Shown piece by piece: positions 48,038 through 62,751 of a stretch of DNA of 64,000 bases (position 1 is its first letter; each line of letters begins with the position of its first letter). Under the pieces are notes generated by a model, which was given only the letters and a program-made list of their open reading frames with translations, ran no database searches and was not told the origin of the DNA. The translations under genes and the position numbers were made by a program. The DNA is from the human T2T-CHM13v2.0 reference genome, Homo sapiens. Where the stretch lies: the NCBI RefSeq assembly GCF_009914755.1, contig NC_060926.1. One strand, 5' to 3'.

Positions 48038-50788
48038 CTTAAAAGAGAAGGAAAAAAAATATGAAGTACTATGAGCATACCTTCCTTGATTATCCAAATA
48101 CTTTATGACAATGATAAAAGATTTCTACATATACTTTAAATTCCATTGTGTGAATTGTTTGATTGTGAGATCCTTGAAATTGGGCACAACAAAATGGAAG
48201 GAAGATAAAGGGTACACCCCAAAGATATAAATGTAAGACAAAAGAGTACAAGGTCATTTACTTTCCTCCTCTGTTCCTGTCATTATCACCTTCCAAACAC
48301 CAACTGCTTTCTAAAAGAGTACCCCACAGACATCTCAAATTACAATTCCAGTTTCAGATGTTCTAAGATCTGAGAGAAAGAGAATGATCTCCTTAGCCCC
48401 CAATATCATTGCACATCATTTATCTGACTAAATAGATGATTACACCTTCCATTTATTGACCTCCTCCTATGGATTAGGCACAGGTATTTTATACACATCT
48501 AATTTTTCTAATTTTAACAATCTTGAAATATAGGTAGTATTATTATCATTTTACAGATGAGGAAACACAGTCATGTAGTTACTAAGTAGCAAAACTAAAA
48601 TGTTGGTATATCTCTGACTGAAAAACTGAAGCTGTTTCTATTATACCATTCTGCCTCAAAATGCTGAATAATCCAAGATAGACTGATGGTTCAGTCACAA
48701 ATTATAGATAAGGTACTAAAATTCATTTGGATTTTTTTCAGGCTGCTTATTTTACATTTCAAAAGTGATTCTTTTATCAATTTGTAAAATTCAGTTTATT
48801 TCCAATGAATTTTCCTCTTAAAAGTTCGACAAATACCTTAAACAATTAGCTCATATATATTTTTTTAGTAGCATTACCAAGATTAATTCTTATGGTAATA
48901 TATATTTAAAATGCTTTCTAAATTTCAAATATGGACTTCTAAAACTTGTTTTGCCTTTTCTTCCTTTCTAACTGCATATGCCTTTTTTGGCTATATTATC
49001 TTTCCATTATTCACCCATTTTTTTACTTTGAGATTTTTTAACCCACAGCTCAGACTTCGGGCATTATCTCTGAATGTCTTGGGATAATTCATAGTTTCAA
49101 AGGGTTAATGAACTTTCAACATTTAGGTCTCATAAGATTAGAAGAGACTATTTGGTCATCAAATCTGTTTCCCTAAGGAAACACAGAGTATTATTCATAT
49201 CTTCAATAATGCTCCTTCAATAATCTTACAATATCTAAATAGGTTACAAACAAGAAATTTTTCCACAGTTTAAATCTTGAGTTTATGCCCTTTTGCTCTT
49301 TCATCTTCAATATGGCTGTTCATTTATTCACTAAAAAAGCAAAATGGGCACAAATATACTAGGGTAAATTGCAAGGTAACATGGACTCAATTCCCAGAAT
49401 AGTAAATGGAGAATAGATAACTTTAGGACAGTGCTACCCAGAATGTGATTTATATGCTGCTGCCAATCTGTGGACTGTTTAACAGGGCCATAATAAAATA
49501 AAGAATTTTGCTAGAAAGTAAATCAACTACATCATTAAGCACACTGTATTTTTTTCAGACTTTCTTAATGAAGTAAGCAGTGCAGTGATTTGCATTCCAG
49601 TGCAAACTCCTTATTTTACTGCAGACCAGCACTTTGCACAGTACAATAGAATACAAATTTCTTTAATTCTAGTTATAGCATCCTTGCTCTTAAAAGCGAA
49701 CATGATAAACCAGCTGTTGTCCATCATAAAAGGAGTTTCAAAGTGCTCTCTTGGAATCCTGTCTTCTATTCCTATTCTAAGAACAGAGCAGAACGAAAAG
49801 GAGTCAGAATGTAAATATAGCAAATCTGATTCTGCAATTTACAAATAAAAAAAATTTCCATTATTTTAGTCACTTTAAACATTCAGCATAAGAAAAGCAT
49901 TTGAGTCTCAAAGATTTTTTGAATTTTCAATAATCCATTGATTTACTCTTTTCAAGGCATAACATTTTTATAGTTTACTTCCTATTAAAATGCTATAAAG
50001 GAAATAATTTTTAAATTATCTGTATTAAAAGTACCTGTATACATTGATGAGACTTTTACTGGCTTTTGCTGTTTTTCTCTTTTTAAGGTATTATTCTCTC
50101 AGGGCATATACTTAGAATATGAAAGCCTGTGTCATGAGCAAGCCTGTGTCTCTAAACCCATGGTTTTCGTCAGATTTATCAATTTGTTCTTATGCATGGA
50201 AAAACCTTTTTATAGGTGACAATGTTGCCAAAGGAAAAAGCTCATTTTCGTTTTCAATTGTGAGAAAAGGAATACTCATGATTCCTTCCCCACATTTCTT
50301 CTTCTCTCCTCCCCAAGCTAGTCTTTTCTTCAGTTCCTGATGAGGACTGAACCTGATATTATTGATGTCTTCCTGAGACAAGCTTTCAGATTGCCAGGGG
50401 ATATCACTAAAGTAAAACAAAATCACTACTTCTCATTTTAAGAACTACCTTCAGTTTTAGACGAGCTCTAAACTGAATGCTAAGAAAGAACAGAGATCAA
50501 ATGTCTTTAGAAGACTCTTGATAAGTAAATTATATTTAAAGATCTAAATATTAAATGACTTTCAAGGTGCTGACTTCTGGACTATGACATTGTAAAACGT
50601 AAAGAACTGCTGACTAGTAACATGTAAAAGACTAGGCTTTGCAAAGCTACAAAAACAATAGGAATATTGTATTCTTTAAGATATTTTCGTTTCAAAATAA
50701 TCATCCCTAGGTGAAAATGAAAAACAGTACCTCGGAAAATATTGGTTTTCTGTGCTTTAAATCATTCTTATAAAATTAGCCAATGTGG

Positions 50789-51167
<379 letters not shown>

Positions 51168-51428
51168 TCAATTAAAATTCCATCAACTGCTCTTTCAGGT
51201 AAGAAGCACTCAAATAGTAAGTTTTTCCTTGTTCATCTGCACAACTTGTGTTCCATTGAACCAAAATGCTGTTAGTTTATCAGTTAAGATTGGGAGGCTT
51301 ATAGTTATCAGTAAGAACAAAAATGAATTTAAAAGTACAGCTTACTAAATAACTAAATCTGAACCCAAGCAAACAGTACCGCTTAACTAGAATAGTTTCC
51401 TACATGGAAAAAGTCAAAAAGAAATTAC

Positions 51429-51560
51429 CTTTTCTTGAAGCAACTTTGAGGAAGCTGCATCACGATTTCCTTTTCCACCAGCAGTATTAAAATGAGACCA
51501 TGGTAAAACTGAATTAAAAGTTAAGGAATCATCCAAGGCAAAATCTGGTTTCATAAAAAT
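51429..51560 (-). CDS. VPS54: VPS54 coding exon ~6 (132 nt; IFMKPDFALDDS...SSKLLQEK)
   Basis: ttttaatag|ATTTTTATG...GAAAAG|gtaatt; 44 open codons. Confidence 0.96.
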
Positions 51561-53027
51561 CTATTAAAAAAATGCATTTCCCTCAATTAGATAAGTATTT
51601 TCTTTATACCCATTATCTCTTCTAACATCATGATCATTAAACAAAATTAACGTGGATCTTGAGTATGAATAGCAAAAGCAAGTGATAACAGTTGAGTTCT
51701 TTACACAAATATCTATAAGAAAAATGTGTAAATTTCTCACCAAGCTTAAAATACTCATAAAAGATACAAAATGTTTTTTGCCTTTACCAATGGAGATGGT
51801 CATTCTATTACTACATGATCATACTCACTCATGCAGTCCTACAGGTACATACCAGAGGCAGATATAATACTCATCCTAAAATTTCCACATTATTTCCCAC
51901 TGATAGTTTTTTAAAATGCCAAATATCAATTTCTCTAACCTATATTTCTATTTTCTCCTGCTCAAAATTGTTTTAAAATTAGTTTAGATTAAGCATACAA
52001 TAAATATTAAAACCAAAACAAATTCAATTTTATGAATAGACTACTCTTCCCTTACATATCACGACCAGCTAAGCAATAAGGCCCACCCGTTATATTTTGT
52101 AAATATACCTTGAATCTCTGCTTTCCTGTATCTCCACAGCATTCAGTAGTTCAGCTCTTCAATAGCTATTTACTGATATCCTTCCCTAATCTATCCCCTA
52201 TACTACTGTTAGAGATACTCCTCTACAATGTCAAGTATAACTGTATTAACTTCCCTGTTTAAAACTCTCAATAGATTCCCATGACCCACAGACCAAACTA
52301 TTTAGAATGGCATCCAAAACCCTTCATTGTTTTTCTGGACCCACTTACCTCTTTGTATCTTGTCACTCCCACTATTTACCCATTACACTCTAGCAATATT
52401 CAATTCTCTTCCATACTCTTATTCTTTTTACAATGAGTGTATTAATACATAAAGTATGCATATCTTTACATACATACTTCTGGCCTAGAACGCCTTTTCT
52501 TGTACATCTTCCTGAAGAACATGACCCAATCAAAAGGGCAAATGTGTCGTTGTGCATGACATAATGACTCCCATCTCTGAACACAAATATATCATGCATA
52601 CTTAATTATTTACCTCATACTTTATAGAAATTATTTATTTAGTATGCATATCTCCCTCTGGAGACCATATGTTCTTGCAGGGTTAAATTTATAGCTTATT
52701 TTTGTATCTCTAACACCTAGCATAGGGCCTAAAACATGGTTTAATCAATTTATGTATTTATTTATATGCTATATTTTATTTACTGATTTATTTTACCTAT
52801 ATACAAAAATTAGAATGAATATGGTAGGAAAAAAATCTAACTAGAGACATGAGTAAATTTTCTAATCCCTGCTTTGGTATTATAACTAAAAGTATTGATT
52901 AATTCAATAAATATTTACTGACTACTTCTGATGCTAGGCACTGAGGGAGAAACAAAGATAATTTATTAAAGAGACCCCAATCTCATGAAGCTTCAATCCA
53001 AGGGATGTGATAAAATATTATAAGGAG

Positions 53028-53348
<321 letters not shown>

Positions 53349-54037
53349 TAAGGAGAAGAGGGACAAATCCTTAAAGGGGTAGCAGAGGGATGAGGGAAGA
53401 GTCCCAGATAAAATGTTATGGGAATTTGGCAAAAGGGCCAATTATCTTCTGTTGGAAAGAACAAGAAAGTACCCATGTAAAGCTGCCATTTTAAGCAAAA
53501 GATTACAGAGAATTAGATATGGGAAGATGAGGGAAAAGTCTTCCAGGATCAAGAAACAGTGTAAGTAAAGCACAGAGCCATCAAAAAAAAGTTTGGCTGA
53601 AGTAAAGAATGTGTAAAGATTACATGAAGTGAACATTGAGCCTTAAATGACAAACTTTGAGTTTTATTTTGTAGGATCAAATAAATGATATAAATGATAT
53701 CCTTCTACCTTTTTTGTGTCTTTCATCTCTTTCTTACCCTAAAGAACAACTGTCACAGACCTATTTGAGAATCTGATGAAGGTAACTGACTCTCTTCCCA
53801 GAAAAAAATGGATTATACATCTCGACAAAATTTTTCATACAAAGTAAGTATCTCTTAATAATTTGAAGAGGTTGAATGATCAGCAAAATTTTTTTAATGG
53901 AAAGATTTTAAAATATTTGTAGGTTTCAGTGATGAGAAAGAGACTGATGATGCAAAAGAGAAAAAACACCATAAATATACATCATTTTTATTTGTCAATT
54001 AAAAACATTTTTTCGTTTAAAAAAAAAAAAAGAAAAA

Positions 54038-54430
<393 letters not shown>

Positions 54431-54565
54431 ATGCAACACAGCCCCACAAGAGACAAAGTAGCCAAAGGGTCAAAAAAAAAAAAAAAGCCAAATGAAATCT
54501 GCTTGTAAGGCAAAATTAAAGATCAAATATTATAAGGCAATTTTCTCATGTTTAAGCTTTGTTAC

Positions 54566-54600
54566 CTTAGGTACTTGCTCCAGATCTGTCCTGGATTTAT
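54566..54600 (-). CDS. VPS54: VPS54 coding exon ~5 (35 nt; DKSRTDLEQVPK)
   Basis: ttttttaaatag|ATAAATCC...CCTAAG|gtaac; phase 1 in, phase 0 out. Confidence 0.95.
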
Positions 54601-54882
54601 CTATTTAAAAAAGAAGGGAAATATTATTTTTAAAACTTGTTTTCATTTTAACTCCGTAAAATACATTTTGACAGATTCAGTATTGTACTGGGTCACATCC
54701 AAATAACTAAAGTTTATTCCTTCAACAAATTATCTATCAAGCACCTATTACATGCCTAGTAGTAGGCAAAGCGCTGAACAAAACAATGTTTCAGGTAATT
54801 GTAATCAATTATATAGCAGCAATAAAACAGCAAAATACATCTCAAATCTTTTTAATCAGACATAAAAGGCTTTATGCTATCT

Positions 54883-55383
54883 CAGTGGTCCCCAACCCCT
54901 GGGCCATGGCCTGTTAGGAACCAGGTTGCACAGCAGGAGGTGAGCAGTGGGCACAAGCAAAGCTTCATCTGTATTTACAGCCAGTCCCCATCAATCACAT
55001 TACCGTCTGAGCTCCACCTTCTGTCAGATCAGTGGTGGCACTAGGTTCTCATAGGAGCACAAACCCTAATGTGAACTGCACATGTCAGAGATCTAGGTTG
55101 TGCCCTCCTTATAAGAATCTAATGCCTGATGATCTGTCACTGTCTCCCATCTCCCCCAGATGGGACCATCTAGTTCCCGGAAAATAAGCTCAGGGCTCCC
55201 ACTGACTCTCCATTATGATGAATTGTATAATTATTTCATTATATTCTACAATGTAATAACAGTAGAAATAAAGTGCATAATAAAGGTTCATCCCAAAACT
55301 ATCTCCCCGCAAACCCCTTGGTCTATGGAAAAATTGTTTTCCATGAAACCAGTCCCTGGTGCCAAAAAGATTGAGGACTGCTG
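54883..55383 (+). mobile_element. MER1A (hAT-Charlie)
   Basis: CAGTGGTCCCCAAC...TTGAGGACTGCTG termini; perfect 8-bp TSD TGCTATCT at 54875-54882 and 55384-55391. Confidence 0.9.
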
Positions 55384-55559
55384 TGCTATCTTTTTAAGTT
55401 TTGGTAAGACTGAATATGGCATGCTATGTAATTTTAAAAAATGAATTAAATTCTAAAGTAGGAATATTGTTTTTATTGTTTAAAAGATCTATCATCCCAT
55501 CCAGAATTTCTTATGATCAAAGGTTGCTTTTTTATACTACATTAATTTTCTTCTCAGAC

Positions 55560-55811
55560 ATCTTAAGGCTGAGATACACACTTATCTTCAAATGAACCTA
55601 CTTTACTTTCATCCTGCCAATCCCAACTCAGATAAGGTACTACTCTCCTCTTCAAAACCAATCTTTCTGCACTTAGACTCCATTCCCTCCTGCCTCTGCT
55701 GTGAGCTTGGTTAATCAGTTTACTCCATCTCAGTATCTTCAGCCTCTTCCCTTGTACTAGCTCTCTTATCTTTGTATATAAACATGCTCAGTTCTTTCCC
55801 ATTAAAAAAAA

Positions 55812-55849
<38 letters not shown>

Positions 55850-57420
55850 TCTAATATATATATAGATATATATAGATATATATAGATATATATAGATATA
55901 TATAGATATATATAGATATAGATAAAACCCAGGCCAGGACCAGGTTGAGGGAAGGGCAGGACCTCAGATGCAAAAGCACTCACTCTCAGGGATAGTCAAA
56001 TGCCTCTTACCCGATCTAGTCCTGGCCATGAAAAAATATTCTTCCACTCTGTTCCCTGTAGTCAATAATCTATCTCAAATCTTCTAGTGACATAATACTG
56101 GTAGTCTACATTTCTTTCTCTTGTACTCACTCCTTAATATATAGTATTGAGGTTTCTGGAACTGCCATAAATGCTCTAAGATCTCCTGATTGCCAAAATA
56201 AAGGAGACTTCTCAGTGTACAAATTGATCTATCCCGAACTATTCTGACATTACAGACCAACTAACTGTTCTTACTTTCTGAAATCCTCACTAGCTTTAAC
56301 TTTTAAGGTGCAATTCTCTCTTGGTTGACTTTCCTATCTCTCTGACCACTTTTTGTCTCCTTCACAGGTATCTCATCTTCTGTCTGCCCCTTAAATGAGA
56401 CAGCTTAATTAGTGCTCCATCACCAGTCGTTTTCTTCTCACTGTTCACATCTTCCCTGGGCAATCTCACCCAACGTCCTTGGATTCAACTACCATGCTAT
56501 TGTCCAGCATACCTGTCTATGATGATGTCTACCATACCTACATCTTCAGCCTAAATCTTCAACCTGAGCTCCAGGTTGCCAAAAAGGCATGTTCTTCACT
56601 GCAAATCTGCAACTAAACTTGCCTCCATCTCCCTCAAAATTCCTCCTCCTATATTGCCTCTCTCACTGAATTGCACTGTCACCCACCCAGTTGTCCAAGC
56701 AAGAAACCTGGGAATTGTCCTTGAATCATTTTGCTCCATTACCAATAACTGGCCACCAAAACCTGTGTCTCAATCTCTGAGTTACTTCTCAAAGGCCTAA
56801 TTCCCTCTCCATCTCCACTGTAACTGTTACTGGAATATCATTTCTCATTTGTATTACTGCAGTAGCCTCCAACTGTCTCCTTGCCTCTAGTCTAATCATC
56901 ATCCCATAATTCACTATCCACAACTATTTTCACATAAATGTATAATCATAAATCTGATCATGCCTAGTTAAAAATATTATGTAGCTTTATAGTGTCTTCA
57001 GAAAAGGTAAAATTCCTTACCACAGCATATAAGGTTCTTCATGATCTGACCACTGCCTATGCTTCAGTCTCATCTCTTGCTCCCAGTAGAACCAATATAT
57101 TAAACTCTTACAGTTCCTTGAATATTCTGTTCTCTCTTTATTCTATGGCTTTGTATAAACTATTCCCTTTTCTTGGAATGTCTTCTCCCACATAAATGTT
57201 TCAAACTAACGACTTTAAAACACATGTAATCACTGTCAACTCTAGGAATGCTTCTAAAGCTAAGTTACGCATGTTATAAAACATTACCACACTGAACTTA
57301 CTCTTTAATATACAGTGATACAATTATTGGTTTCTTTCTTTAAACTTATTCAGGACAACATCAGTTCTTTGAGGACCAAAGCTACTTTTTACTTATCTAT
57401 AGATTTACTTTAGGGTATCA
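55560..57420 (+). mobile_element. L2 remnant (others at ~19980-20430, 46560-46830, 52090-52740)
   Basis: Pyrimidine-rich L2 motifs (CACCCAGTTGTCCAAGCAAGAAACCTGGGA, AAATCTGATCATG). Confidence 0.65.
55819..55924. repeat. Compound microsatellite (CA)15 plus about six (TATAGATATA) units
   Basis: Directly visible. Confidence 0.95.
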
Positions 57421-57776
57421 CTACGTTACTGTTCTCAAACTCATAGGCTCAAGCAATCCTCCCACCTCAGCCTCCCAAGTAGTTGGGACTACACACATGT
57501 GCCATCATGTCTAGCTTACTCATCTATTTTTAAGCAACAAGGAACATACCAACCACGAAGATATCCAATCAATATTTGTTGAACTAAAGGATTATACTAC
57601 TATCAGATCTACTTTTTCTCTTAGAAGTTCTTAGAAAATATTATAATCATAGGTTATAAAAATTTTACTAGAAATAAAAATTATAGATATAACAGGCAAT
57701 AAGGTCCCAAAATAAAGATTTTGTTCACTAATATTTATGCTATGCTTTATTATCTATAAATAACACATATTCATAC

Positions 57777-57855
57777 CATGAGTATGTAAAAGAGTCCTTT
57801 CGAAGGTATCTTTAGGAGGACAAATATTCTTGCATCTCTCATGAATCTTCTCTCT
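57777..57855 (-). CDS. VPS54: VPS54 coding exon ~4 (79 nt; REKIHERCKNICPPKDTFERTLLHTH+G)
   Basis: Minus strand ttttattag|AGAGAGAAG...CATG|gtatga. The translation matches recalled VPS54, and the phase joins the next exon. Confidence 0.95.
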
Positions 57856-58214
57856 CTAATAAAAAGACAAATAACATCATCAATGTATGTGTAAACATGA
57901 GTATTCAAAGCATGAAAGTGTTTTGCAACAGAATATCAGAATATGCCAAATTAGTCCTACGACTTTTAATATGAAATCACTAGCCTCCTGAACTTAAATA
58001 CAAGTAACAAGCGGTTAATAAACCAAATACCTCTATGAGATCTATGCACATCTATATACCTACATCCATTCCATCTCATATAATTATAGTAAAATCTCCA
58101 TATGTAGAATAAAGTGAGAAAGCAAATGGAAAATATTTATGTATGAATTAGGAGAATAATTTGAATCAAGAAAGAAAATTCAAAAACCTATATATCTAAG
58201 ATAGAAAGAAATTA

Positions 58215-58512
58215 GGCCAGGTGCGGTAGCTCACACCTGTAATCTCAGCACTTTCAGAGGCCAAGGCGGGCCGATCACCTGAAGTCAAGAGTTCAATACT
58301 AGCCTGGCCAACATGGTGAAACCTCGTCTCTACCAAAAATTAGCCAGGAGTAGTGGCGCACACCTGAAATCCCAGCTATTGGGGAGGCTGAGGCACAAGA
58401 ATCACTTAAACCCAGGAGGCAGAGGCTGCAGTGAACCGAGATCATGCCATTGCACTCCAGCCTGGGTGGCAGAGTGAGACTCTATCACAAAAAAAAAGAA
58501 AAAAAGGAAAGA
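58215..58512 (+). mobile_element. AluS
   Basis: Full Alu; TSD AGAAATTAG. Confidence 0.9.
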
Positions 58513-59173
58513 AAGATAGAAATTAGTTATTGACACGTTCTGAGTAAAAAAAAAAAAAATCTCACTCTGATTTAGAATTAGATGACCACTAACAATGTCA
58601 TTATCTTTTCAGAGATATCACCGAAAGGATACCTGAGAAAGTGAAGTGTGGTAACAAGAAAAGCAGCAGGCCAGCAGTGTTCAGAGTTCTGGTAGCAATT
58701 CTATCAGTTACTACAGGACTGTTTTCCAAAGTGGCCATACCACTTTTCATTCCCACCAGCAATAAATAAGAGTTCCTGTTGTTCTACATCCTTGTCAACA
58801 TTTGGTGTTGTCAGTGTTTTAGATTTTTGCTATTCTAATAGATATGTAGTGGCATCTCATTTTAATTATGAATTCCCTAATGACATTTGATATTTAGCAT
58901 CTTTTTATATGCTTATTTGCCATCTGCATTATCTTCTTTGGTGAGGTATTTAGATCTTTTGCTCATATTTTTTAAGGAAAAATACATATAACATAAAATT
59001 TATCACGTAAAATTATTTGCTATGTTGACCATCTTTCCATGTGCTAATTGCACACTTCTATATCTTTTTTTGGGAAAAGGTCTATTCAAAGTCCTTTACT
59101 CATTTTTTAATTTGGCTGTTTGTTTTGTTGTTGTTGAGTTTTAACTCCTTTGTTTATTTTTGGTACCAGTCCC

Positions 59174-59455
59174 TTTTTGTTTTTTGAGACTGGGTCTAGT
59201 TCTGTTGCCCAGGCTGAAGTTGCTGGCTGTAACTTCAAATTTCAGGGCTCAAGCAATCTTTCTGCCTCAGCCTCCAGAGCAGCTAGGACTACAGGTCCAC
59301 ACCACCATGCCTGACTAATTTTTCTAATTTTTTCTTGTACAGATGGGTTCTCACTATGTTGCCCAGGCTGGTCCTGAACTCTTGGTCTCAAGTGATTCTT
59401 CCACCTCCACCTCCCAAAGTGCTGGGATTACAAGGTGTAAGCCACCACACCTGAC
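59174..59455 (-). mobile_element. AluJ
   Basis: Degenerate antisense Alu inside the L1M. Confidence 0.8.
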
Positions 59456-60657
59456 CACCAATCCTGTATCAGATATGTGTTTTCTAAGTATTTTCTCCCA
59501 GTCTTTGGCTTGTTTTTTCATTCTCTTAAAGGTGTCTTTCACAGAGTAGAACTTTTTAATTTTAATGAAGTTCAACTTTTCAATTTTTTCTTTCATGGAT
59601 TGTGCTTTTCTTTCATATCTAAAAAGCCATTACCAAACCCAAGGTTACCTAGATTTTCTCCTATGTTATCATCTAGAAGTTTTATAGTTTTGCATTTTAC
59701 ATTAAGGTCTATCATCAACTTTGAGCTAATTTCCATGAATAGTGCAAGGTGGTATGTCTATATTCTTTCTCTTTGGTATGTGGATGTATAGTTGTTTCAG
59801 TACCATTTGTTCAAACAACTATCCTTTCTCTACTGAATTACCTTTGCCCCTTTGTTAAAAATCAGTTGATTGTATTTGTGTGGGTCTATTTCTGGGTTCT
59901 CTGTTCCACTGACCCATATGTCTGTTCTTTCACCAATATGACATTGTCTTGATTACTGTAGCTTTATAGCAAAACTTCAAACTGAGTGGTATCAGTCCTC
60001 CAGCTTTGTTCCTCTTTTAATACTGTGTTAGCTATTCTGGGTCTTTTTCTATATAAGCTTTAGAGTCAGTTTTCAATATCCAAGAAACCAACTGCTAGGA
60101 TTTTAATCAGGATTATGTTGACTCTATTGATCAAGTTGGGAAAAAGAGACACCTTGACAATATTGAGCCTTCCTATCCACATATATGAAATATCTCTCCA
60201 TTTATTTAGATATTTAATTTCTTTCATCAGTCTTGTGGTTTTCCTCAGATAGATCTTATATCTATTTAGATTTATACATAAAGCCTTCATTTTCTTTGAT
60301 GCTAATGTAAATGGCATTGGGTTTTTAATTTCAAATTCCAATTGTTCATTGCTGGTATATAAGAAAGTAATTAACTTTTATATATTAACCTTGTATCTTG
60401 CAAGCTTACTATAGTCACTTATTAGTTCCAGGAGTTTCTTTTTGGATTCTTTGGGATTTTCCACATAGACGATCATTTCATCTGGAAACAGTTTTACTTC
60501 TTCCTAATTTTTATATATTTTATTTCCTTTTCTTATTACATTAGTTAGGACTTCCAAGACAATGTTAAAAGAAACAGTGACAGGGGACATCCTTACCTTG
60601 ATCCTGTTCTTAGTGGGAAGCATCTAGTTTCCCCATTAGCTACAGAGTTTTTGTAGA

Positions 60658-61637
60658 TTTTTTTTTTCTTTTTTGAGACAGAGTCTCACTCTGTCACCCA
60701 ATCTGTAGTGCAGTGGCGTGATCTTGGTTCACTGCAACCTCCACCTCCTGGGTCCAAGTGATTCTCATGCCTCAGCCTCCCAAGTAGCTGAAATCCCCAT
60801 TGCAAAATTATAACTGAGACAGTGAAAGAGATCTGACCTAACCAACTCCATCTTGCTTCTAACCTCCAAGCTGTTCTTGTCCATTCTTGGGCATAGGGTG
60901 AACTAACTTTGGGAGGAACTTAGCTTATAGTTTAAAACAAAGATGATAACAGTCCTTTCCCAAAACAAACCACCTTCTTGCCTGGGGGCTAGACTACCTT
61001 TGTTGGACTAACAAATTAGCCACAAGATTAGAAATTACGGTTTAGGAGTCGAGTCATGCAACTGGAGACTACAAGATTCTGACCCTCCCCCTAAACTGCT
61101 CCTAAGATCCATGCTTGAGATATTTTGCAGACCCTGTACTTGACGGATCAGCTGGTACCACCCAGATCAATAAACTGCCTCATTTGATCTTGTTGGCCCC
61201 ACCCAGGAACTGACTCAGCACATGGAGATGGCTTCTCCCTATGATATCATCGCTGACCTGACCAATCAGCACTGCCGGCTCACTGGATTCCCCTTACCCA
61301 CCAAGTTGTCCTTAAAAACTCTGATCCTCGAATGCTCGGGGAGACTGATTTGAGTAATAACAAAACTCTAGTCTCCCACACAGCCAGCTCTGTGTGGATT
61401 ATTCATTCTCTATTGAAATTCCCCTGTCTCAATAAATCAGCTGCCTAGCCAGCAGCAGGCAAGGTGAACCCATTGGCAATTACATAGCTGGGATTACAGG
61501 CATGCGCCACCATGCCCAGCTAAATTTTGTGTTTTTAGTAGAGATGAGTTTCACCACGTTGGCCAGGCTGGTCTCAAGTCCTGGCCTCAAGCATCCTGCC
61601 GAAGTGCTGGGATTACAGGTGTGAGCCGACACGCCCG
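60658..61637 (-). mobile_element. AluS split by LTR8 (60658-60788 and 61489-61637)
   Basis: The Alu reads CCCAAGTAGC|LTR|TGGGATTACAGG continuously across the insertion. Confidence 0.9.
60789..61484 (+). mobile_element. Solo LTR8 (ERV1) inserted into an Alu
   Basis: TG...CA termini, 696 bp, 4-bp TSD TAGC at 60785-60788 and 61485-61488; TGCAAAATTATAACTGAGACAGTGAAAGAGATCT matches the recalled LTR8 start. Confidence 0.88.
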
Positions 61638-61715
61638 GTACATTCTTTATCAAGTTAAGGAAATTTCTTCCTGTTCCTAGTTTGCTAAGAGTTCTTTTTT
61701 TAAAAATAATGAATA

Positions 61716-61992
61716 GCCAACACGGGCAGACTGCTTGAATTGAGGAGTTTGAGACCAGCCTGGACAACATGGCAAAACCCCGTCACTACAAAATATGCAA
61801 AAATTAGCCAGGCGTGGTGTTGTGGTGGTGCTCGCCTGCAGTCCCAGCTACTTGGGGGTTGCTGAGATGGGAGGATTGCTCGAGCCGGGAGGTTGAGGCT
61901 GCAGTGAGCTGTGATCCTGCCACCGCACTCCAGCCTGGGCAACAGAGCGTGACCTTGTCTCAAAAAAAAAAAAAACAAAAAACAAAAAAACA
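61716..61992 (+). mobile_element. 5'-truncated AluJ/S
   Basis: Alu from GCCAACACGGGCAGA to the A tail. Confidence 0.82.
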
Positions 61993-62316
61993 CACAAGAG
62001 GTCTAAAGTTTTCTTTCCTTATAATGCTTTTGTCTGATTTTAGTATTAGCTTCATGACAGCCTCACCAAATGCATTAGTAAGTATGTCCTTAGCTTCTAT
62101 TTCCTGAAATAGATTATAAATAATTGGTATAATTTCCTACTGAAATGTTTGGTAGAATTCACCAAGGAACCCATCTGGGCCTGGTGATTTCTGCTTTGAG
62201 CAGTATGATTGATTCAATTTCTTTAATAAATATAGGCCTATTCAGAATATTTATTTCTTGTTGTGTAAGCTTTGGTAAATTGTGTCTTTCAAAATAAATT
62301 GGTCCATTTCACCTAG

Positions 62317-62751
<435 letters not shown>

